Positions 55,554 through 64,000 of a DNA stretch of 64,000 nucleotides are shown here, one piece after another. Both the position numbers and the translations under genes were made by a program. The DNA is taken from positions 1,479 through 65,478 of the forward strand of contig DATGXN010000007.1 in NCBI GenBank assembly GCA_035298945.1, read 5' to 3'. The notes under the pieces are model-generated. The model saw nothing but the letters and a program-made list of their open reading frames with translations, searched no databases and was not told where the DNA came from. Origin of the DNA: Chitinophagaceae bacterium. Lineage in GTDB: Bacteria > Bacteroidota > Bacteroidia > Chitinophagales > Chitinophagaceae. Position 1 is the stretch's first letter. Each line of letters opens with the position of its first letter.

Positions 55554-56317
55554 AAATAATCGACCTGAACTGCGATATGGGTGAAAGTACTGGAAGCAGG
55601 AAGATCGGCGATGATGAATCCATTATGCCTTTTATCAGTTCATCAAACATCGCCTGTGGGTTTCATGGCGGGGATCCGATGGTGATGCATGCAACGGTTG
55701 ACCTTGCAGTTAAACACGGAGTGGCAATTGGCGCTCACCCATCTTTCTATGACATCGAAGGTTTTGGCCGCAATGAAATTGCATTATCTAAAGAAGAGAT
55801 CTACGACCTCGTAGTTTACCAGGTATCTGCATTGCAGGGGTTCACCAGGATGGGGGGTGCGGAACTTCATCATGTTAAACCACATGGGGCTTTATACAAT
55901 ATGGCTGCGAGGATACCCGGATATGCAAAGGCGATCGCGTCTGCAGTGAGGGATCTGGATCCCCGACTTATTCTTTATGGATTGTCGGGTTCGGAATTGA
56001 TCAAAGCAGGGAAGGAAATGGGATTGCGGACCTGCAGTGAAGTTTTTGCCGACAGAACTTACCAGGACGATGGGTCGCTTACGCCAAGATCCAGGTCCGG
56101 AGCGGTTATCCATGAATTTGAACAATCGCTGGAGCAGGTGAAGATGATGTTGGAGGATGGGCGTGTGAGAACTGTAACAGGAAATATCATTTCTATCGAA
56201 GCGGAAACGATCTGTATACATGGAGATCATGAAGGGTCTGCATTGTTTGCAAAAGAGTTGAACAAAAACTTATCAGCAGCTGGATTTGTCATCAAAGCCA
56301 TGGACCGGCATGAGTAA
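55550..56317 (+). CDS. pxpA: 5-oxoprolinase subunit A (LamB/YcsF)
   Basis: IDLNCDMGE, NIACGFHGGDP, GAHPS, HVKPHGALYN, E.FADR.Y, TICIHGD. Confidence 0.93.
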   Translation: MKIIDLNCDMGESTGSRKIGDDESIMPFISSSNIACGFHGGDPMVMHATVDLAVKHGVAIGAHPSFYDIEGFGRNEIALSKEEIYDLVVYQVSALQGFTRMGGAELHHVKPHGALYNMAARIPGYAKAIASAVRDLDPRLILYGLSGSELIKAGKEMGLRTCSEVFADRTYQDDGSLTPRSRSGAVIHEFEQSLEQVKMMLEDGRVRTVTGNIISIEAETICIHGDHEGSALFAKELNKNLSAAGFVIKAMDRHE

Positions 56318-57476
56318 GAAATTCACGTCGGCTATCACAGGTGCTGCATTTCTGATGGCCACTTCAGCCATTGGACCTGGATTCCTTACCCAAACGGCTG
56401 TATTCACCAATCAGCTTGCTGCTTCCTTCGGATTTGTGATCCTGATCTCCATCCTGCTTGATATCGGTGCTCAGCTTAATATCTGGAGTGTGCTGGTTGT
56501 GAGTGGGAAGAAGGCACAGGACGTTGCTAACGGAGTAATGCCTGGTCTGGGTCACCTGCTTGCATTGCTGGTGGTATTGGGCGGATTTGCTTTTAACATA
56601 GGGAACCTTGCAGGCACGGGCCTTGGACTACAGGTGTTGACGGGGATATCGGCAGAGAAAGGAGCTGCGATCAGCGCTGTGATCGCCATTATGATCTTCC
56701 TATCCGGAAATACCGTGAAGTGGATGGATATATTCACCAAGGTGCTCGGGGTTGTGATGATCGCGCTGACCCTTTATGTTTGCTTTACATCCGAACCGCC
56801 TTTAATGACGGCGGCCTACAGGAGTTTTGTACCTGAAACCATCGATGCCCGTGCGATCATAACTCTGGTGGGAGGAACGGTTGGTGGCTATATCAGTTTT
56901 GCCGGCGCGCACCGTCTGCTTGAGTCAGGACTTAAAGGAAAAGAAGCTTTGCCTGAAGTGCGGCGGTCAGCTGTCTCTGGTATTATGCTGGCATCTGCCA
57001 TGCGCATATTGCTTTTCCTTGCAGCGTTGGGAGTGATCACGCAAGGGCTGATATTGCAGGATAATAATCCCGCTGCTTCTGTATTCAAACTTGCAGCTGG
57101 CCCCGTAGGGTACAAACTTTTTGGTGTGGTGATGTGGTGTGCTGCAATTACATCGGTAACGGGCTCTGCTTATACATCCTTCAGTTTCATTTCCACTTTG
57201 CATCCCAGGGCAACAGATCTTCGTAAATGGATCATCTCTGTGTTTATTCTTGTTTCTGCGCTCGTCTTTATTGCCATTGGCCAGCCTGTGAAGATCCTTG
57301 TAGTAGTAGGAATGCTTAATGGTTTTATTCTTCCCATAGCCCTTACCGTTATGTTGATCGCAGCACACCGGTTAAAAAGAAATGGTTATCATCATCCACT
57401 ATGGTTAACGGTTTTTGGTGTTGTTGTTATTGTGGCCACTTCATTGTTGAGTATTAAGGCTGTAATGGGAAGCTAG
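56310..57476 (+). CDS. YcsG-like NRAMP-family transporter (candidate 5-oxoproline uptake)
   Basis: GAAFLMATSAIGPGFLTQT, FNIGN, GGTVGGYI.FAGAHRL; position in the pxp operon. Confidence 0.85.
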   Translation: MSKKFTSAITGAAFLMATSAIGPGFLTQTAVFTNQLAASFGFVILISILLDIGAQLNIWSVLVVSGKKAQDVANGVMPGLGHLLALLVVLGGFAFNIGNLAGTGLGLQVLTGISAEKGAAISAVIAIMIFLSGNTVKWMDIFTKVLGVVMIALTLYVCFTSEPPLMTAAYRSFVPETIDARAIITLVGGTVGGYISFAGAHRLLESGLKGKEALPEVRRSAVSGIMLASAMRILLFLAALGVITQGLILQDNNPAASVFKLAAGPVGYKLFGVVMWCAAITSVTGSAYTSFSFISTLHPRATDLRKWIISVFILVSALVFIAIGQPVKILVVVGMLNGFILPIALTVMLIAAHRLKRNGYHHPLWLTVFGVVVIVATSLLSIKAVMGS

Positions 57477-57480
57477 ATAA

Positions 57481-57562
57481 CAGGTTGCAGGATGCAGGCT
57501 GCAGGTTGCAGGAAAGAGGATAGAGGAAATTCTGCAACCTGTAACCTGTAACCTGCAACCTG
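57481..57562. repeat. Heptamer-built hairpin between convergent genes
   Basis: 31-nt arm 57481-57511 and arm 57532-57562; 27/31 complementary, with two of the mismatches G-U compatible; likely bidirectional terminator. Confidence 0.85.
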
Positions 57563-57565
57563 AAT

Positions 57566-58360
57566 CTACTGTCCAACCCGAATATTAACATTCCCTCCTC
57601 CATTGTTTTTCTCCATCTCCTGCATCATTTTCTCTCTTTCCGCGGCAAACTCTGCAGGTGTGATCTTTTTCCCTTTGGGCTCTTTGATATTTTTAACATC
57701 GGCATCCGGAGTGATGCTGAGTGCCACATATGTGGTTCGGCCATTGTTCACGTCGAGTTCTAGTATGGTTCCGGGAAGTTGACCCTGGTATAGATCAGGT
57801 CCGGCAAAAACTGAAATGGCATCAGTGAACCAGGCCACAACATTTACGGTGTCCGTGAACTGTTCCCTTTTCATCACGCCATTATCCATATTCACCCTCG
57901 TGGCCTGTTGCGTTCTCTGGGAAGTTGCTTTTCTGCAACTATGTCCAAGTATGGCTTTGGTTTCCTGCCCGATCTTCCAGTTGTAGGAGCGTATACTGTC
58001 TTCCACCACAAATGTTTTCGTGAACAACTCTCTTTGTTCCACTTTGCGTTTGGAGGGAATGTCGGAAAACATAACATCGTTGGATCCGGGCATAACCAGC
58101 CTGATCTGTGCACCTCCGTTATCGAAATTCATTTCCGGCTCCTGGCCTTCTTCAACCGGGCGCCACAACGTTTTGTTATCAGCAAAATGGAGTTCGAATT
58201 TTTCCTTCCTCTCAGGGGGGATCATATTGGCAAATGCCGGATCGCTTACCTGGACATTGATCTTCGACGTTCTTTCATAAATGATCTTACCCTGTTTCAT
58301 CTGTGCCGAGGCCAGCAAAACGGAGAATAGCAGGAAGCTCAGGGTCCATATTTTTCTCAT
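57566..58360 (-). CDS. GLPGLI-family protein
   Basis: Signal peptide MRKIWTLSFLL..ASAQ; W.IGQETK.ILG..CRKA, AWFTD.I....GP...GQLPGTILEL, IKEPKGKKIT..EF. True start ATG 58360, not 58837. Confidence 0.88.
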   Translation of the reverse strand: MRKIWTLSFLLFSVLLASAQMKQGKIIYERTSKINVQVSDPAFANMIPPERKEKFELHFADNKTLWRPVEEGQEPEMNFDNGGAQIRLVMPGSNDVMFSDIPSKRKVEQRELFTKTFVVEDSIRSYNWKIGQETKAILGHSCRKATSQRTQQATRVNMDNGVMKREQFTDTVNVVAWFTDAISVFAGPDLYQGQLPGTILELDVNNGRTTYVALSITPDADVKNIKEPKGKKITPAEFAAEREKMMQEMEKNNGGGNVNIRVGQ

Positions 58361-58375
58361 CGTGATAATTTTTCC

Positions 58376-58441
58376 CAAAACTACATGGGTGCGGGTACCT
58401 CCCGGGTTAACAGAACTATCTATAAGGTTAATTAAGGTTAA
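58376..58441 (-). promoter_or_regulatory. Promoter with three TTAAC boxes and a -7 element (GLPGLI gene)
   Basis: + strand GGTTAACA-N8-TATAAGGTTAA-N5-GTTAA (58405-58441) and - strand TAGTTTTG (58383-58376), an exact TAnnTTTG match. Confidence 0.78.
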
Positions 58442-58470
58442 AGAGGCGCGAAATGCCAGGGAAGCATTCT

Positions 58471-58478
58471 TACATTTG
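58471..58478 (+). promoter_or_regulatory. -7 box of the histidine kinase gene
   Basis: TACATTTG, 5 nt before ATG 58484. Confidence 0.55.
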
Positions 58479-58483
58479 TTGGA

Positions 58484-59977
58484 ATGAAAGGGAATAACTC
58501 CAGGTTCCTCCTGATCCTGATGACGCTTGCCATCCTTGTGGTAACCGGCTTCCAGCTTTTCTGGCTGAAGAAAAGTTATGATGAAGAGAAGAATCTGCTG
58601 CAGGCGAAAGCCGGGTTGAATTTTCGCCAGACGATTTACAATCTGCAGGCCCAGCAGTTCAGGAAGAGATTCAGAATGGCCGATTCGAATGTAGAAATGA
58701 AAATGGTGAAAAGCAGCGGCAAGGCTCAGGTCATGTATTTTGACAACAGTGAACAGGTGGTAGGGATGGTGAACCAGGTCAGGGACCAGGTACGCGATAG
58801 TTCCCGGACATTTAAGCCCCAGCGGGTCCAGGGCCATGTGGAAACGATCATGATCAGATCGGACAGTTTTCCGAAGGATCCCGTTATTGATTCGATGCAG
58901 ATCAATTCAATAACGGTAACCAATGATCGGATCAAGGGCGACAAATTTGTGCAGTTGATCAGCGGAATTGATTCGGTGAAAGATTCGCTTAAAGTGAGAG
59001 ATATAACCAGGGCTACTGAAAAATCATTTTTCAAAGAAGGACTTTCCATTCCTTTTGAAGTGGTGAAAATTGACTCTGCGGTGGAAGACGGGTTTCCTCC
59101 GCCAATGGATAAGGTCACTGTGGGATTTTCAAAGCCAGTTACATACAGGCTGGATATCGGGAATACAGCAGGCTATATGTTCAGAAAGCTTTCCACTCCT
59201 TTATTGTTCTCTGTGTTTCTGCTCACCATAACAATTCTTTCATTTGTGCTGATGTACAGAAGCCTGAGGCAACAACAGAGACTGGCGGAATTGAAAAATG
59301 ATTTCATCAGCAATGTGACGCATGAGCTTAAAACACCCATAGCCACGGTGAATGTGGCACTTGAGGCGCTTAAGAATTTCAACGCCATCAACGATCCCCG
59401 GCGAACCATGGAGTATCTCGATATTTCACAACAGGAACTGCAACGATTGTCGTTACTGGTGGATAAGGTTTTGAGGGTTTCCATGTTTGAAAACAAGACG
59501 GTAGAGCTGAAGCCTGAACCTTTCAGTATCGTATCACTGGTGAACGAAGTGAGATCCAGCATGCGGTTGCAGTTTGAGAAAATGAAAGCTGAAGTACGGG
59601 TAGATACTGAGGGGGAAGACATGCACGTGAATGCGGATAAACTGCATATCATGAGTGTGATCTATAACCTGTTTGACAATGCCCTTAAATACAGCAGGGA
59701 AGATCCGAGGATCAAAGTGGGCATCATCGATAAGGGCGACAGAGTGGAATTGAGATTTTCGGACAATGGCATTGGTATTCCCGACGAATACCGGAGCCGT
59801 GTGTTTGATAAATTTTTCAGGGTGCCGCACGGAGATGTTCATAATGTAAAAGGTTATGGGCTGGGACTTAGTTATGTAGCGCATATCATCCATGAACATA
59901 ATGGCACTATTGCAGTAGAATCAGGAAATGGAAGTGGTACTACGTTCATAATAAACTTACCTAAGAATTATGCCTGA
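58484..59977 (+). CDS. Membrane sensor histidine kinase
   Basis: Two TM segments flanking a periplasmic region; HELKTP, NLFDNALKY, DNGIG, GYGLGL. Confidence 0.93.
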   Translation: MKGNNSRFLLILMTLAILVVTGFQLFWLKKSYDEEKNLLQAKAGLNFRQTIYNLQAQQFRKRFRMADSNVEMKMVKSSGKAQVMYFDNSEQVVGMVNQVRDQVRDSSRTFKPQRVQGHVETIMIRSDSFPKDPVIDSMQINSITVTNDRIKGDKFVQLISGIDSVKDSLKVRDITRATEKSFFKEGLSIPFEVVKIDSAVEDGFPPPMDKVTVGFSKPVTYRLDIGNTAGYMFRKLSTPLLFSVFLLTITILSFVLMYRSLRQQQRLAELKNDFISNVTHELKTPIATVNVALEALKNFNAINDPRRTMEYLDISQQELQRLSLLVDKVLRVSMFENKTVELKPEPFSIVSLVNEVRSSMRLQFEKMKAEVRVDTEGEDMHVNADKLHIMSVIYNLFDNALKYSREDPRIKVGIIDKGDRVELRFSDNGIGIPDEYRSRVFDKFFRVPHGDVHNVKGYGLGLSYVAHIIHEHNGTIAVESGNGSGTTFIINLPKNYA

Positions 59978-60656
59978 GGTCAAAGTATTGTATGTGGAAG
60001 ATGAGTTATTCCTGGCGAGGATCGTCAAGGAAAGCCTGGAGAGCAGGGGATTCCAGGTGTTCCTGGAATCCGATGGTGCGAAGGTTTTAACAGCGTTCAG
60101 GAAACTGCAGCCTGACATCTGTGTGCTGGATGTGATGTTGCCCAATAAAGATGGGTTTGAACTCGCTGAGGAGATCCGTAATATGGATGCAGATATTCCC
60201 ATCCTGTTTCTGACCGCTAAAACGCAAACCGAAGACCTTGTAAAGGGATTCAGCATAGGCGGCAATGATTATATCAGGAAGCCATTCAGCATGGAAGAAC
60301 TGATCGTCAGGATCAACAACGCTTTAAAACATAAAGCGGATACGCCAGCAAAATTGAACGGGGAATCCGTTCAGGTAGGTAAATATCTTTTTCATCTGAA
60401 CCGGCAGGTGCTCCAGAATGGTGTTGAAGAGAAAAAACTTTCTTATCGTGAGTCAGAATTGCTGAAGGTTCTGGTGTTTCAAAAGAATAGTATTATTGAC
60501 CGGAAAGATATTTTGAATCTACTCTGGGGTAGTGATTCTTTCTTCAACTCGCGTACGCTCGATGTGTATATTACCAAGCTTCGTTCTTATCTGAAAGAAG
60601 ATCCATCGATCGAGATCATCACCATCAAGGGGATCGGTTACCGTATGGTGGTTTAA
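59970..60656 (+). CDS. OmpR/PhoB-family response regulator
   Basis: VEDE, LDVMLP, FLTAK, DYIRKPF; winged helix with RTLDVYITKLR and GIGY. Confidence 0.93.
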   Translation: MPEVKVLYVEDELFLARIVKESLESRGFQVFLESDGAKVLTAFRKLQPDICVLDVMLPNKDGFELAEEIRNMDADIPILFLTAKTQTEDLVKGFSIGGNDYIRKPFSMEELIVRINNALKHKADTPAKLNGESVQVGKYLFHLNRQVLQNGVEEKKLSYRESELLKVLVFQKNSIIDRKDILNLLWGSDSFFNSRTLDVYITKLRSYLKEDPSIEIITIKGIGYRMVV

Positions 60657-60756
60657 GCATTGATTATTGGTCAGTGAATGCCGTTAACGCCCATTTAACA
60701 AGTCTACACCAACTATAGGCCCCAAGTTTTTATCATATCCGGATAATACGTAGCCT

Positions 60757-61506
60757 ATGATCCGGATCATCCTGTCGCAACCAGGACTATTGGTTTTTTT
60801 ATCAGTTTTCATCAGTGTGGGTTCTGATGCCCAGGTCAAACTGGGGAAATATGAATTTGGTCTTGGCTTAGGCATGATGGTGTACCAGGGCGATCTTGCC
60901 CCATCTGCTTTTGGTTCCTACAGCACAAGCCGTTTCGGTTTTAATCTGCATGCGGGCAGGCGGATCAGTTCTTCGTTTGTGGCGAGGGGAAATCTGCTTT
61001 GGGGAAGGCTGGCGGGCGATGAATCAAAATACAATACACCTGAGTACCGTCAACAGCGGAATTTTAGATTCAATGCATCTGTTAAGGAATTGACGGCGCA
61101 ATTGGTGTGGCTGCCTGTGAAGGAGAAGAAATTAGCCCCATATTTATTCGGAGGGGCAGGCCTGAGTTCTTTGCATATCAACAGGGACTGGAGCAGGATT
61201 AATTATAGTTATTTTGAATCCGTAGCATCGGGTATGGCAGCCGCATTAGCAGTGGATTCCACTCATCAGCTTCCTGGCCTTACACCGGTTTTTATTTTAG
61301 GTGGTGGAGCGAAATTTTTTATTACAAATTCGCTGGCCCTGAATGCTGAGTATTCATACCGTATCATGAGAACGGATTACCTGGACGGTTTCAGTATGGC
61401 AGCAAATCCGGATAAAAAGGATCATTACATGAATTACTCTGTTGGGTTGGTTTACCATACGGGCAGAAGGAACAGATCCCTTGATTGCCCGGTTATCCAA
61501 TTCTAA
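60757..61506 (+). CDS. DUF6089/PorG-like outer-membrane beta-barrel
   Basis: GLG...YQGDL, RNF.F, PYLFGGAG, TDYLDG, D.Y. Confidence 0.7.
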   Translation: MIRIILSQPGLLVFLSVFISVGSDAQVKLGKYEFGLGLGMMVYQGDLAPSAFGSYSTSRFGFNLHAGRRISSSFVARGNLLWGRLAGDESKYNTPEYRQQRNFRFNASVKELTAQLVWLPVKEKKLAPYLFGGAGLSSLHINRDWSRINYSYFESVASGMAAALAVDSTHQLPGLTPVFILGGGAKFFITNSLALNAEYSYRIMRTDYLDGFSMAANPDKKDHYMNYSVGLVYHTGRRNRSLDCPVIQF

Positions 61507-62276
61507 AAATTTTTCTCAAGACCTTCCTGGAGTGCTTTGAAATAAGCTTGCTTGTTGAAAGAATACAGGTATGGTGCTTTGTGGGCACCGCCAGTATATT
61601 GTTTTTCTTTTTTATCGAGGATCCCGTAAGAGAGGATTTTCCGGTTGAAGTTGGCACGGTCAAGTTTTCTATCCAATATGGTTTCGTAAATACTCTGCAG
61701 ATTTTTCAGGGTGAATTCTTTAGGCAGAAGATTATACCCAATAGGTTGGTTGTTGATCTTCAGCCTCATGTCTTTCAGTGCAGTTTCAATGATCTCTTTA
61801 TGATCAAACATCAGATCAGGCAGCTTGCTAACTTCCCACCAGGATATTTGGGCAGACATATCGTCGGCATGGGGCCTGACTTTCTCAAATTCTACCAGGG
61901 CATAGAAACCAAGGGTCAGAAAGCGTTGAAGGATCCAGCTATTGTCCGTCAGCTCAACGCCCATTTCTTTATATAGGTCCTTGAAGAATTTCTGCTTGTT
62001 TCTTTTTTTGCTTCCAAAAACATGAAACTGCTGAAGATAAATCTCTTTTAAGCCTGTCCTTTCCTGGAGTATCCTCAGGGCAGCATCTTCTATTTCTTCA
62101 GTTTTGAAAATGAATCCGCCGGGCAGTATCCATTTATTGATTGTTTTCAGCTGAAGCAGGAGCACTTTAAGCTGATTGTCGTGAAAACCGAAAATCACAT
62201 TATCGAGCGAGAGGGCCGGCAAAAAATGCCTATCCCCCTCCAGGATAAAATCAGCTAATGAACCGAATTTCTTCAT
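61503..62276 (-). CDS. NrtR-family regulator (degenerate Nudix domain + winged helix)
   Basis: SLDNVIFGF, LPGGF...E..EDAA.RIL.ERTG, L.FDH..II, LLPKEFT...LQ..YE.IL...LDRANF.RKI, GAHKAP.LY.F. Confidence 0.9.
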   Translation of the reverse strand: MKKFGSLADFILEGDRHFLPALSLDNVIFGFHDNQLKVLLLQLKTINKWILPGGFIFKTEEIEDAALRILQERTGLKEIYLQQFHVFGSKKRNKQKFFKDLYKEMGVELTDNSWILQRFLTLGFYALVEFEKVRPHADDMSAQISWWEVSKLPDLMFDHKEIIETALKDMRLKINNQPIGYNLLPKEFTLKNLQSIYETILDRKLDRANFNRKILSYGILDKKEKQYTGGAHKAPYLYSFNKQAYFKALQEGLEKNF

Positions 62277-62320
62277 GGGGCAAGAAAATTAATTTCTGTG
62301 AGACCCAAAAATAAACTAAT

Positions 62321-62341
62321 ATTGAGTCAAAATGACACAAT
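62321..62341. promoter_or_regulatory. NrtR-type operator
   Basis: ATTGAGTCAAAATGACACAAT: 21-bp palindrome with 8/9 arm match and GT-N7-AC core, between divergent nrtR and GH3 genes. Confidence 0.75.
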
Positions 62342-62353
62342 AAAAGTTCTATT

Positions 62354-64000
62354 ATGATCCAGACTAAAAGAATTGCCGGTACAGTGATGTTACTGGCATT
62401 TGTTATGTTCAGCCGGTTTTCAATAGCGCAGAACAATTTGCCCCAGTTAGGCAAAAGCCCGGTCAGTGAAGTGGTTAAAGCCATGACGCTCGAAGAGAAG
62501 CTGAGTTTTGTGGTGGGAGAAGGGTTGAATATTCCCGGAATGGCGCTTCCCGGGATGCCTGCACCAACAGGTCCAAAAAGAGTTCCGGGTGCGTCGGGCA
62601 CCATCAAAGCCATTCCCCGCCTGGGCATTCCATCGGTTGTTGTGACCGATGGCCCAACGGGTGTTCATATGCTTACAGGTACTATCGGCCGTATATACTA
62701 CGCCACTGCATGGCCTACTGGCACGTTGCTATCCTGCAGCTTCGACACTGCCCTTGCAGAGAGGGTTGGTAAAGCATTTGGTGCAGAAGCCAAGGAATAT
62801 GGTGTAGATGTATTGCTGGGTCCTGGTATGAATATTCACCGCAATCCACTTGGAGCAAGGAATTTCGAATATTATTCAGAGGATCCGGTGGTAACTGGAA
62901 ATATGGCAGCAGGCATGGTGAGGGGAATTCAGAGTGTAGGAGTTGGTACTTCTGTGAAACATTTTGCCGCAAACAACCAGGAAACCAACAGGAATACGGT
63001 CAATACGATCGTGAGTGAAAGAGCGCTTCGGGAGATCTACCTAAGGGGATGGCAGATCGTGATAAAAAAAGCTGAGCCCTGGACCATCATGAGTTCTTAC
63101 AATAAGATCAATGGGGTGTACACTTCGCAAAGTGGAGACCTGTTGAATAATATTTTGCGTAATGAATGGGGGTATAAGGGCTTTGTGATGACTGACTGGT
63201 TTGGCGGGAATGATGCAGTTGAACAAATGAAAGCCGGCAACAACCTGCTGATGCCCGGAAAGCCTGATCAGACGAAAATGATCATGGACGCAGTTGTTTC
63301 AGGCAAGCTGGATCAAAAGATCATTGACAAGAATGTAGAGGATATCCTGAACATCGTTTTAAAAACACCCATTTTCAAGGGGTATAAATATTCTGATCAG
63401 CCTGATCTGAAAAAGAATGCCCAGTTGTCGAGGATTGCTGCAGCGGAAAGCATGGTGTTGTTAAAGAACGAAGGTTCTACCTTGCCTTTAGGTTCAAATA
63501 AGCGCAGGGTTGCAGTTTTAGGTAATAACAGTTTTGACCTGGTTGCGGGTGGAACCGGAAGTGGCGCCGTCAATACGATTTATGTAGTTCCATTGGTAGA
63601 AGGAATATTTAAAGCGGGATATAGTGTAGATCCTTCAATTTATGCTGCGTACAGTTCCTATTTGGAGAAAGAAAAAGCCAGTCGTCCTGCGAAAAATATG
63701 TTTGAAGAGTTCATGAGTCCTACAAAGCCGATTCCGGAAATGGATCTTGATCAATCTATACTGGATAAAGCAGTTGAATCGAGTGATGTAGCTGTGGTAT
63801 CCATAGGCCGGAATGCAGGTGAGGGTACAGACAGGAAACTGACAGATGATTATTATTTCTCTGAGAAAGAAAAACAGTTCCTGAAGCAGGTGTCTGATGC
63901 ATTCCATGCGAAAGGCAAGAAACTTGTAGTGGTGCTGAATGTTGGTGGAGTGGTTGATGTTGCACAATGGCGTGACCTGGCAGATGCGATTCTATTGGCC
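62354..64000 (+). CDS. GH3 beta-glucosidase/xylosidase, 3'-truncated by the window end
   Basis: Not in the ORF track. My translation from ATG 62354: signal peptide, MTLEEK, IPRLGIP..V.TDGP, GPGMNIHR, GRNFEYYSEDP, KHFAANNQE, MTDW, LLKN. Confidence 0.92.
   Translation, partial: MIQTKRIAGTVMLLAFVMFSRFSIAQNNLPQLGKSPVSEVVKAMTLEEKLSFVVGEGLNIPGMALPGMPAPTGPKRVPGASGTIKAIPRLGIPSVVVTDGPTGVHMLTGTIGRIYYATAWPTGTLLSCSFDTALAERVGKAFGAEAKEYGVDVLLGPGMNIHRNPLGARNFEYYSEDPVVTGNMAAGMVRGIQSVGVGTSVKHFAANNQETNRNTVNTIVSERALREIYLRGWQIVIKKAEPWTIMSSYNKINGVYTSQSGDLLNNILRNEWGYKGFVMTDWFGGNDAVEQMKAGNNLLMPGKPDQTKMIMDAVVSGKLDQKIIDKNVEDILNIVLKTPIFKGYKYSDQPDLKKNAQLSRIAAAESMVLLKNEGSTLPLGSNKRRVAVLGNNSFDLVAGGTGSGAVNTIYVVPLVEGIFKAGYSVDPSIYAAYSSYLEKEKASRPAKNMFEEFMSPTKPIPEMDLDQSILDKAVESSDVAVVSIGRNAGEGTDRKLTDDYYFSEKEKQFLKQVSDAFHAKGKKLVVVLNVGGVVDVAQWRDLADAILLA

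Noticed and set aside
17272-57562. CRISPR interpretation of the repeats
   Set aside because: Units are 7-nt tandem with no unique spacers, and there are no cas genes.
57566-58837. 423-aa version of the GLPGLI ORF
   Set aside because: The extra 159 codons run antisense through the kinase gene and across both promoters; the signal peptide starts at ATG 58360.
60684-60700. TTAAC direct repeat upstream of the DUF6089-like gene as a third regulon member
   Set aside because: Spacing is 11 rather than 10, and there is no third box, no CCTTATA and no -7 element at the conserved distance.

Overview
Chromosomal window from a Bacteroidota bacterium, probably Chitinophagaceae-like. The assignment rests on TAnnTTTG promoter boxes, GLPGLI, GIN and DUF6089-type genes, PadR-PspC and gcvT-comB. 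It holds about 60 densely packed CDSs, mostly on the + strand. I found no rRNA, tRNA, CRISPR array, transposase or phage gene. The left half is rich in secreted peptidases/hydrolases and GNAT, VOC and DinB accessory genes. The right half has padR-pspC, gcvT-comB, a sugar-acid dehydratase, mntH, an SDR, a SWIM-SNF2 helicase, pxpBCA-ycsG, an OmpR-type two-component system and an NrtR/GH3 pair. Main observations: (1) a shared promoter architecture with identical spacing links the GLPGLI gene, a large outer-membrane barrel gene and the adjacent two-component system into a candidate regulon; (2) a tandem M14 carboxypeptidase pair in which one copy has a swapped ExxH motif and lacks catalytic residues; (3) a heptamer/palindromic repeat family that forms intergenic hairpins and has entered the pxpC reading frame three times; (4) a single gene bracketed by 47-bp inverted repeats; (5) a clear NrtR-type operator. 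Product names come from motif recognition by eye, not database searches.
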